DNA from: Jimgerdemannia flammicorona
Taxonomy: Eukaryota
Assembly (NCBI GenBank): GCA_003990765.1
Contig: RBNJ01000097.1
Coordinates: forward strand, 1-41,764
Direction: 5' to 3'
DNA length: 41,764 bases
Under the pieces are notes generated by a model. It saw only the letters and a list, made by a program, of their open reading frames with translations. It ran no database searches and was not told the origin of the DNA. Of this stretch, positions 9,811 to 19,800 are shown piece after piece; position 1 is the stretch's first letter, and the number at the start of each line of letters is the position of its first letter. The position numbers and the translations under genes were made by a program.

Positions 9811-12055
9811 GAGATGCTACAACTTCAAACTGCAAGGTGAAAAGGACCCACTCAGTTCCAGTGACCCTGGACCAAAGATCACCCACATCAATAAGCTACA
9901 ACTCAAGAAATTGGCCAAGAAATGTCCTCTCTTTGCCATCTGCATCTATCCATCCAAAGGAGAACTTGAGAACTCTGAAGAAGACTTTTTCAAAGTTGAC
10001 AGCTGTATCAGACCCCTACTCCAGAAATTCTGAGATATCTTCCCAAAGAAACTTCTAAATGGCCTACCACCTAAATGAGCAGTAGACTATATCATCAAAA
10101 CCATCACAGATGCCAAGCCAGCCTTCAAATCAATCTACCACATATCTCTGAAAGAAATAAATGTACTCAAGAAGGAAATTGATGAACTTCTAGAATAAGG
10201 ATTCATCAAACCCAGTATATTACCCTATGGTGCACTAGTCCTCTTTGTTGTCAAAAAAGGAGAAGACCTGTGAATGTGTATTGATTACTGTAACCTCAAT
10301 GGACAGATCATCAAGAACTGTTGTCTGCTATCCAGAATCAATAAAATATTCAATAGGCTTACCAACCCATAATTCATAAGCTCTTTTGACCTGTGAAATA
10401 GTTACTGGCAAATTGCAATAAAAGAAGTAGATACATATCTACAAGACAGTCTTCCAAACTTGCTATGGACACTTCAAGTTCCTGGTTATGCCTTTTGGCT
10501 TAACTAATGCTTCTGCAACCTTCCAGACTCTGATGAATACCATCCTGCACCCATATCTGAACAAATTTGTTATTGTCTATAATGATAACATTCTAGTCTT
10601 CAGCAAAACCCTGGAGGAACATCTCAAACATCTTTAACTAGTACTACTGAAACTCCAAGAAAACTGACTCTTTGTAAAACTCAGCAAATGTGAATTTCTC
10701 AATCAAAGTGGACTCCAGCAAAATCTCAGCAATCAAGGATTGGCTCAGACCAAAGAAGCTGAAAGATCTCCAGTCATTCCTGGGGTTAGCAAACTATTAC
10801 AGATGATTTGTTGCCAACTTTACCAAGATTACTACTGCCCTTACCAAAATGACCAAGCACAATAAGAAAGAAGAATAGCTGTAGACTATGAAACAAGAAA
10901 AAGACTTCAACAATCTTGTAAATTAGGGACCCAAACAAGATACAGCCTTTTAAGTACTGAAAGATATATTGATAACTACTCCAGTGCTTCAAGTGGCAAA
11001 TCCTGCTCTATCATATGAAGTTACTACTAATGCCTCTGACCTAGCTCTTGGAGCAGTGCTCATGCAAGAAAGACACCCCATGGCCTATCACTCCCACAAG
11101 TTCAATGATGTCAAAATTAACTATATAACCCACAAGAAGAAAATACTAGCTATTGTAGACACTCTGATCAAATGGCCACCATATCTAGAAGAAGCACACT
11201 TCACTATATTGACTGATTACAAATCATTAGTCAACATCAAGACCCAGGCTACTCTTTCTTAAAATTAAGCCAGATGGATGAAAGTTCTCACCAACTTTGA
11301 CTATGAAATCCAGTATCACTCTGGCAAGAAAAATATTGTTACCAATGCAATCTCCAGACTACCAATCAAAGAAGTTATCCAAACCCTCACATTGGTTACC
11401 AACTCTATCATAGAATAAATTATCACAATATGTACTGATGATAAAGAAGCTCAAGCACTCCAAGAAATTCTGAGTAGTGACAATGCTGACAAGTATACCC
11501 AGTATAACCAACACCAACTGAAGGACAATACGATCTACTACAAGAACAGATTGTATGTTCCAAACAATCAAGATCTCTGAAGAACTATCCTATTCAAATA
11601 TCATAATGTCCCTATAGCTGGACATTTAGGATTTGACAAATACTATGAAGTTATTTCCCAAAACTTCTATTGGCCCTACATGGTAGATCAGCTCAAGACC
11701 TATATCACTTCCTGTGATACCTACCAATATAACAAGTCCTCAACACTAACAAAACCTGATCTACTCTACTCTATTCCAGTACTATCTGCTAATTGGGAAC
11801 AAATCTCTATAGACTTCATTGTACAACTACCCCAAACCAAGAATGGGAAAGATACAATTATTGTCATTGTGGTCTATCTAGCAAACAAGCCCACTATGCA
11901 TACCTTGGAATGAAACTTGTACTATCTACAGCCTTTCACTCTGAAACTGATGGCCAAACTGAAAGAATGAACCGAACTCTGGAACAAATGCTAAGGAACT
12001 ATGTTTCCTACAGACAAGATAATTGGCATGAATACCTCACTGCAGTCAAGTTTGC

Positions 12056-13636
12056 TTTTGTTTTTTTTTTTTTTTTTTTTTTTTTCTATAGGCTGTAGCC
12101 TTATTTATTAACTATCTATAATATGCTATATGTCCTTATGCAACATCAGTAGTCCCATTCTACCCCAATCTCAACCCACCTTCACATTTACCCAGCCTTA
12201 TATCTTTAGGGTGTGAGTTGCAACCTTACTGTCTGAGTAACTAGATCCTCCTACTCAGCCTGCCCCACCCAGTGGGTATGGGTTATGAGCCCCAACCACC
12301 TCAAGTACTTGGCATCTAGTGCATCTGACCTACCCCTATTAGTGCCTTCTGTCTTACCCATCTAGCCCATCTTATCTGTCTTACCTGCTTATATTGCCCA
12401 TGTTATCCATATTGCCATCTTGTTATCTTACCCATCTTACCCATCTTGCCTGTCTTGCCTATCTTGCCTGTCTTGCCCACTCATATTGCCTGTATTGCCT
12501 GTATTACCCATGTTGCCCATGTTACTCATATTGCCCATTTTGCCCATTTAGTCTGTCTTGTCTATATTATTTATCTTAGCATCTGCCTGTCTTGCCTATA
12601 TCACCCATCTTGCCATCTTGTCCATCTTGCCCATCTTGCCTGTCTTGCTCACCCATGTTACCCATGTTGTCTATATTGCCCATTTTGCCCATGTTGCCTA
12701 TGTTGCCTATATTGCCTGTGTTGTCTATATTGTCTATATTGCCTGTATTGCCTGCCCATATTGCCTGTATTGCCCATGTTACCCATTTTGCCCATTTTGC
12801 CCATCTTTCTCATATTGTCTGTCTTACTGTCTACCCATCTTGCCTATGTCACCCATCTTACCATCTTGCCATCTTGTCTATCTTACTCATCTTATCTGTC
12901 TTGCCCATCTTGCCTGTCTTGCCTATGTTACCATCTTGTCATCTTGCCATCTTGTCCATCTTGTCTGTCTTACCTGTCTTATCTGTCTTGCCCATCTTGC
13001 CTACCTGTATTGCCTGTGTTGTCTGTATTGTCCATGTTGCTCATATTGCCTATATTGCCCATTTTTCCCATTTTGTCCATATCACCTATCTTGCCATCTG
13101 CCCATCTTGCCTAATGTCACTCATCTTGCCATCTTTCTGTCTTGCCCATCTTGTCTATCTTACCCATCTTGCCCATCTTGCTTGCCTGTATTGCCCATAT
13201 TGTCCATGCTGCCTGTATTGCTCATATTGCCTGTATTGTCTGTATTGCCTATATTGTCCATATTGTCTATTTTGCCCATCTTGCCCATGTTACCTATCTT
13301 GTTGTCTGCCTATCTTGTCCCTGTCACCTGTCTTACCATATTGTCTATCTTGGCCATCTTGTCCATCTTACCTCTCTTGCCCCTTTTGCCTGTCTTGTCA
13401 CTGTCTTGCCATCTTGCTGTCTTGCCATCTTGCCCAAAATTCTTGAAATCTTTGTAACTTGCTGAAACTAGAAGCTATGGTTACACTGAAAAGTCCAGAT
13501 GGGACTCCTATACCTAAGGAATGAGGTACATCTGTTGGTGCTCCTTAGAGCCTATGCTTGTGGCCTCCAAAACTTGAGATGCTCACCCTCTTGGTGGGCT
13601 TAGATGTGTGGGAGCAGTATGCTGTCTTCTGTCAAC
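12056..13636 (-). mobile_element. Non-autonomous poly(A) retroposon (1581 bp): unique head, 9-mer VNTR and unique tail
   Basis: Exact 16-bp TSD CTGCAGTCAAGTTTGC (12040-12055 / 13637-13652); poly(T) at 12056-12085; minus-strand AATAAA at 12104-12109. The integrase frame resumes after the right TSD (AVKFAYNNS). Confidence 0.93.
12349..13436. repeat. Degenerate 8-9-bp tandem repeat (~1.1 kb)
   Basis: Units CCCATCTTG, CCTGTCTTG, CCTGTATTG and CCCATGTTG are all derivable from CCCGT(C/A)TTG by CpG decay and a few other changes. Confidence 0.95.
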
Positions 13637-14169
13637 CTGCAGTCAAGTTTGCCTATAATAACAGCAAGCAAGCCTCTCTTGGAATGACCTCATTCTTTGC
13701 CAATACAGGACAAAACCCAACCACTTCTCTGACACTTATCTGGACTGCTGACAAACCCTCTACAGTTGAAGCTATTGAAGAATTCCTACTCTGAATGCAC
13801 AATATAAGCCAGATCACAATTGAGAACTTATTATGAGCCCAAGAACAACAGTTACAGTATGATAACCAATACTACCAAGAAGAAACATTCAATATCAGAG
13901 AAAAGGTCCTACTAGACATCTGAGGATACTAAGTTGACAACCTTAAACACAGACTATCTACATAGCTGAATAGCAAGTTTATTGGATTATTCAAAGTTAT
14001 CATACAAGTCTCTCCAACCTCCTACAAATTGGTGTTACCAGACACTATTAAGGTCCACCCAGTCTTTAATGTCCAACATCTCAAGCAATATAATGAAAAT
14101 GATAACAAGCTATTCCCAAACTGAACCACCAAACCACCTGCACCTATTATTATTAATGATCAAGAAGAA

Positions 14170-14331
14170 TATAAAGTTGAACAAATCCTCAATAATTGCA
14201 GCCACAAGAACCATCCAGAGTATCTTATCAAATGGAAAGATTATTCAATCCATGATGCAACATAGGAACCCAAGACTAATCTCTAGAATACCACTGACTT
14301 AGTTCAAGAATATGATTCCTTGAACAACTGA
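14170..14331 (+). other. Chromodomain at the integrase C-terminus
   Basis: YKVEQILNNCSHKNHPEYLIKWKDYSIHDAT*EPKTNL matches the chromodomain pattern Y.VE.IL...YL.KW.GY...TWEP..NL; the aromatic-cage Y, W and Y are present. Confidence 0.92.
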
Positions 14332-14734
14332 AACCTGAATACTCTTGTATCTATCAGTATATACCATATATTACTCTCCTGAATATTATAATTTTCACAA
14401 ACAAAATCAAGAACTCAGTAAGACAAGACAAAAGAATATCAACTCTCTAGAAAAATAGCAAAACTGAAAGTAAGCCTATTCTCCCCATACTACTGGTGGG
14501 AAATAAGGTATAGATATTTAAAAATTCCTTAGAGGAAATTCTCTAGCAGTGAATGATATCAGTGTATGGTATCAAACACATGACCCTTTAATATATAAAT
14601 CTAATATGTTAGGCAACTATACTACAAGCATACTACTTTCTGAGAAAAATAGACTTTACCAGACTTTTGATCTCCCAAATAGTGTAACAATACTAGAACA
14701 AAATTAGAAGGCCCCAACAAGGACATCAAAAGCT

Positions 14735-14747
14735 AAGAAGGGGAGAG
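14735..14747 (+). promoter_or_regulatory. Polypurine tract of Gypsy-1
   Basis: AAGAAGGGGAGAG, 1 nt before the TG that starts the 3' LTR. Confidence 0.9.
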
Positions 14748-14748
14748 T

Positions 14749-16818
14749 TGTAAGCACACAAACTCCAAGCCACTGAAATCACACATCACTCTCCAAACAA
14801 GCCACTGAAATCATATGTGACATCTGAACAAATCTGGAAATCACCTGCACAATCATGAAGCTAAGTCAAACCAAAGTCATAGTGCATAAAGCTGAGTCAA
14901 TACAAAGTCATGGAATAAAAGATTTATACAAACAGAATCTTATCAATCAGAACCAAATATATATACTGAGCACCAAGATGTATTGAAATACAGAACTACA
15001 ACAAACCAAACAAACAACCCCAACTCCTGAATATATACACAAATATGACCACTGAGATCTACAATCACATCCATGCTGATATTTGGAATACCATTGTCAA
15101 CTGAGCCACACCCCCTCTGCCTCTCATCAATATTCATAGTCTAGTACCCCTCTACTTCATGGAAGCCTGATGGAATACTCTGAACATACTTAGTGAGGCC
15201 CACTGAATCAGACAAATCTCAAGCTACTATCAGATTGACTGACTCCTGGAAGACATGGTTGAACATTATCATGATATAGATATTACCCAGATGTCTCAAC
15301 ACTAGAAGCTCATTGCCTGCAAATACTGAGAACTCTTTTATGAGTATAGCACTGTTATTTCCTACCTTTGAGTTACTACCAGTGAAATGATTGCCACTCT
15401 ATCCTATGGCCAAATTAATGACATGATACAAGAACTCAATCATAAGTATATTGAGTATATTCAGACCACAGACCGAACTTTCCCACAGCCTGATGACCAC
15501 ATCCTGCAAATGCTCCAAATAGAATATACTATGAAGGATATCTATGATATAATCTAATTTGATAATAATGAAGCAGAAGATAATGATCCCTTTGATACCA
15601 ATATGACCTCAAGCCAAGGATCCCTGTCAACCCTGATCACTCTGCCAATACTGCCAATAAACTTACAATAGTTCATAACCACCTACAAGACTTATTGGGA
15701 TAATGATCACTAGTACAAATACCAACCCACATTCACCCCCAATTATTTCAACTATAATGAAGAGACAGGAGAATACAACTTGTATCTCCAGACAATCCTC
15801 AAGATTGAACCAACCACTCTACCACCTGAGTATGAGTGACATGAACAACAGCCACTAGCTTATTACAACCCCATGACTTATAGTGCTGTAAATTATAGAA
15901 GATATGCAGACAGCAAATCTGATGAAAGCAAAGATAATACACCCCTCCTTTGCCCACCAACTCCATACCCAGTATATGAGATAGATGATACTATCCTGTG
16001 GGACAGTAATAAAGTCCCAATGTATTATTACCTCAGTAAATAGGGAGAATTAATCCATAAACAACTCTTCCTAGATGACTACTTCATCAGAGATGATGTC
16101 ATCAATAGTGATGTTATATAAGACTACCCAGATAGTATCTAAATCTGTAGATAGCTTAGTAGTCATAGTATAGTTGGATTAGCCTTATATGACATGACTG
16201 TGAACTGACTCAGCAGTCAGACAATTCCTTGATATATCAGATCATACTTGTACTATATAACTGCATTCCAACTCAGCAAGATACTAAGTACTATATCCAT
16301 ATTCAGCATAGTTCAGATAGTCCCTCACTAGTATAAATATCCCCTCTCCCAGACCTCAGAATCTCAGACTTGAACAATCTGAACACAACTTCGGAACACT
16401 TTCCCACAATATCCCTTCACAACTACTCTTAGTATAGCAATATCATGAATAGTGAATAAATTTATTTAATAATCCACAAACTTCTCTTAAGTAAATCTGC
16501 TCCTCATTAGGTTCTACTTCTAACCCTGTCACAAAATTTCCTAATTGGGTATTGTCTGCAGCAATATGCCAATTCAACTAAGCTGGTCTTAGTTTCTTGA
16601 ACTTCCTGAAATATGGAAAATTCTGAACATCCAGAACTAGTCCAAATAAGGACTTTGGTTGAGATGTCAATCTGATCTTGAAATCAATAAGTATAGAGGA
16701 TGTACTCTATATGAAATTGATCTTGACCTTAAGAAAATAGTTATCTAGAATATCCAGAACTTCCAGAAAACCCTTCCAGAACTATGTAACAGTTACTCTA
16801 ATAAGTAACCCTCTTATA
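14749..16818 (+). repeat. Gypsy-1 3' LTR (2070 bp)
   Basis: TGTAAG...CTCTTATA (terminal CA changed to TA); direct repeat of 2296-4319; followed by the TSD. Confidence 0.95.
15045..16142 (+). pseudogene. LTR (U3)-encoded protein of unknown function, 3' LTR copy (366 codons, no frameshift)
   Basis: ATG at 15045 to TAA at 16140-16142 in one frame. Several internal TGA stops align with CAA in the 5' LTR copy, implying ancestral CGA. Confidence 0.78.
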
Positions 16819-16823
16819 TAAAC

Positions 16824-19800
16824 CCTCTCTCTCTTGCAAATACATTTTACTAGATTCTGATAGTCCCCCTAACCCAATCTCCACTCTCTCTACAAATCAT
16901 TCAAAATGTCAAGTATTAACTATTCCCAACATGCTACCCTAGCTCCAACTGCAACCCACTGGCCCTCCTCAATGATATGAAGCCAATGACTGGCCAGCCC
17001 TATCCAAATTACCAGGGCCCATCACAAGGTCAACCATTCATTCCCAACTCTGCCCACCAACCTATGCTGGAGGTCTCCCCATTGCCCTCCTTCCCCTCCC
17101 ACCAGTGGTTGCAATCTCAGACTACTAGTGATACTGTGCCAAAACTCTTCCAAAACTTCACACTTCCCTAGCCAATGTTCAGGCATTTGTACCACTCCCC
17201 CTTCTGGTCAATGTCCATACATTCCTTACACTCAAATATGCTGTCTACCACCAAGTACTCTGACCAATAGTTCAGCATCACATTCTGCCTTAGGAATCTC
17301 CACCATATTATCCAGAACTTGGGGGGAAGCCACTGCATTACTCTCTTGCTACGAAGCCAAACACCATTCTAGTCTCACTTCTTACCAATCTCCACCCTTT
17401 GCTATGCTATAGACCACATATCCCCCACAAGTCCCCAAATATATTCTATTCTATCGCCAAGCTGAAAATCCTCCACCAATATATCTCTCAGCAGTAGCCA
17501 GTCTCATCTCCACATCTATAGTCCCCAGTCCTCCTCTCTCTCATCACTCCACTACTGAAGTCCAATTCTCCTTGCACTATCCACCACTCCTGACTAAAAA
17601 TCTTTGTATTGTATGCTCCTGCTCCCATCTATAGCCACCATCACAAGCAGATCACCGGTTGCTCCTCAAGGAGAATACTGGACTTCCCACACCCTCTGTA
17701 TGAGTGGCACCCACTCTCAGCCTCTTAACTCACTTGCCCTCTTCAGTCACCATACTCTCAGACAATATAGGTACTTGGTAAAGTCTACTAAGCCCAGCCC
17801 TCCTCTATCAACAGGTAAAGTCAGAACTTTCCAGCCTATCTAACTTTGCTGTCTGGTCCAAATCCACGATCTTGCCATCTTCAGAAGTGGCCTGACCACC
17901 CATACTGGGAAGTCTAGATGATACCCCACATACCACAGCCTTGGCAGCCAATACAAATTCAGCACCATTACCCTTCCTGCCAAGGATATATGCTGACCAC
18001 CCCACCTCAAGAGAACATTCCCCCATACTAGTAGCTACTGTTCCCACCATGCACAGGGCATAAGAGACCCATATACTGAAAAGTAGATCCCCAAGTACTG
18101 AACTGGTTCTTCTGCTAGAACTACTGTTCCAATCACCTTATTGCCAACTATTCTGCTGTCTAGTACTAGAGTCTCATATTTGTCAGTTGAGCTTAGCACC
18201 TGAGCCCCTCTCATACCATTCCACAGTCCTCCTTAATTCCTCCACATCCTCTAATGAACCCAGTCCAACCACCATATTATCCACAAAAGCCCCCACCTTC
18301 CAATTAATTCCCAAAATGTCCAAACTCCTAATTTGATACCAGATCCTGTCCAATAGGGGCTCTAAGAAAACAGTGTATAGGATGGGTGATAAAGAATCCC
18401 CTTGCAGCACCCTATGACCTTGCAGAAAAGTCACACCTCTGTGCCTATTTACTACCAATACTGCTTGACTGTTTTCCAATAGACTGATTAATAACCTCCT
18501 GAACTCTGGGGGAACTCCCACCCATTTCAGCACTCCCTTCAGCCAGACCCTCCTCACTCTGTCATATGCCTTCTCCTGATCCAGAAACACTAACTAGTCA
18601 TTAACCCCAACTGCCTGAGCCCCTTCAATTACTCTATAAACCTAAGCAGTTCCATCTCAGATCAACTGACCACCAACAAATTCCCTCTGCTCTACTCTTA
18701 GTATCTGCTGAGTGATCCCCTACAGTCTAGTCACCAAGATCTGTATCACCAGCTTGTGGTCTATATCAAGAAGCATGATCAGTCACCAGTTCTTTCAATC
18801 TTCTCTTCTCCCCTTATTCTTATTGAACAAAGAGACCAGCCCCAGGCACTGGCCCCCAATTCAAGTTCCAGATCAAAGGACCTTATTACTCATTACCATC
18901 ATCTCCTCCAATACCACCTCCACCCCAGCCATCTTCTTCCAAAAATCCCAGAGAAGCCCATCCTCTCCTGGAGCTGTCCCCTTACTTGTCAAAGCCAAGA
19001 CCTTGTATACTTCCTCCCACCACACTGGGTCTCCCAGTGTCTCCAGGCCCAGAGCTGGGTCTAGATGCCAATCCTCCAACTGCCATTCAATGTTTAGAGC
19101 ATCCTCACCCACTTCTTCATCACTCCATAAATTCCTATAGTAAGTCCTCAGCAATCCCAAAATCTTAGGAGTCTCTGCCACCATCTCCCCATCCTTATCC
19201 AAAATACCATCCCACCACTGTCTGGTTCTCTGAGCTTGAAGCAACTGTGAAAGAAATCTAGTAGGCCTCTCCCCCTCCTCCAACCCCTGCCACTACAACC
19301 ATGTCACCATCCCCTTTAGCTGAACCTCTTCCTCTATTTATAACACTTCCTTTAGCTCATCTACTTCTTTTTGTATCCTCAGAATTTACCAATTGACTGC
19401 TCCCCAATCCTCCAGCAACTCCACCCATCTCTCCAGAAGTGCTGCCAATCTCTATGAAGCCCATAGCACTTGCTGCCTCCACTGAACACTCCTTTCTTTC
19501 TCTGCCTCCCTCCAGTATCTCTGAGCACTTGATTTCAGCCACTGCTAGTGATCTCCAATCACCAATCCCTGCTCCTGCCATCTATCAATCTTCACAATAA
19601 CTTCTACCTTCTAGTCCATCTATAAGGAACCATCCTCCAACAAAGAAGCATTCAATCGCCAATGTCCAGGCCCATCCCTACTTCCCCCAAATCTCCCACT
19701 TCCTATCAGACCCCAGTGATCTGATCATGAGCACCAAACCACCTCCAGCATATCTCAGAAAATCACTCCCCAGCACCCTGCTGTCAACACCCAGTCAATC

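Larger units (their letters stand above)
10010..14331 (+). pseudogene. pol: Gypsy-1 pol: RT, RNase H, integrase and chromodomain; degenerate, with internal deletions and an insertion at 12056-13636
   Basis: [40 protein letters not shown] (YxDD) at 10578; TNASDLALGAVL (RNase H); GHLG...YWP...SCDTYQ (IN zinc finger); [15 protein letters not shown]. The integrase core lacks the segment carrying the second catalytic Asp (deletion near 11895). Confidence 0.95.
2296..16818 (+). mobile_element. Gypsy-1: full-length Ty3/Gypsy chromovirus-type LTR retrotransposon with dUTPase; degenerate, with two nested insertions
   Basis: Paired ~2-kb LTRs; 5-bp TSD TGAAC (2291-2295) / TAAAC (16819-16823); PBS; PPT; domain order capsid, CCHC, dUTPase, PR, RT, RH, IN, chromodomain. 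Confidence 0.95.

Noticed and set aside
12244-12262. AGGCTGAGTAGGAGGATC on the - strand resembles a 7SL/Alu segment
   Set aside because: Short match with no extension, and it is explained as one arm plus loop of a local hairpin.
12279-12292. GGGCTCATAACCC on the - strand matches an initiator tRNA anticodon arm
   Set aside because: No D-arm, T-arm or acceptor stem in the flanks; a 13-nt match is not enough to call a tRNA or a tRNA-derived SINE.
12349-13436. Collagen-like Gly-X-Y (GKT/GNT/GKM) retrocopy on the - strand
   Set aside because: The 9-mer gives Gly every third codon locally, but frequent 8-nt units shift the frame and there is no clear start or flanking domain. Not supported from this copy, although a family consensus should be checked.
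12349-13436. CRISPR-like array
   Set aside because: Contiguous short tandem units without unique spacers; eukaryotic TE context; no cas genes.
12394-13465. Long Cys/His/Leu-rich ORFs on the + strand (metallothionein-like appearance)
   Set aside because: They are open in all three frames because the repeat lacks stops, and they are antisense to the poly(A)-defined transcript; an artefact of the VNTR.
13520-13636. HDV-like ribozyme in the retroposon head
   Set aside because: I could not fit P1, P2, P3, P1.1, P4 and J4/2 in the required order; reported only as an unassigned pseudoknot.
14332-14734. Possible ORF3 between the Gypsy-1 chromodomain and PPT
   Set aside because: The best frame has many stops and no convincing similarity to Gypsy-2 ORF3; only one copy is available.
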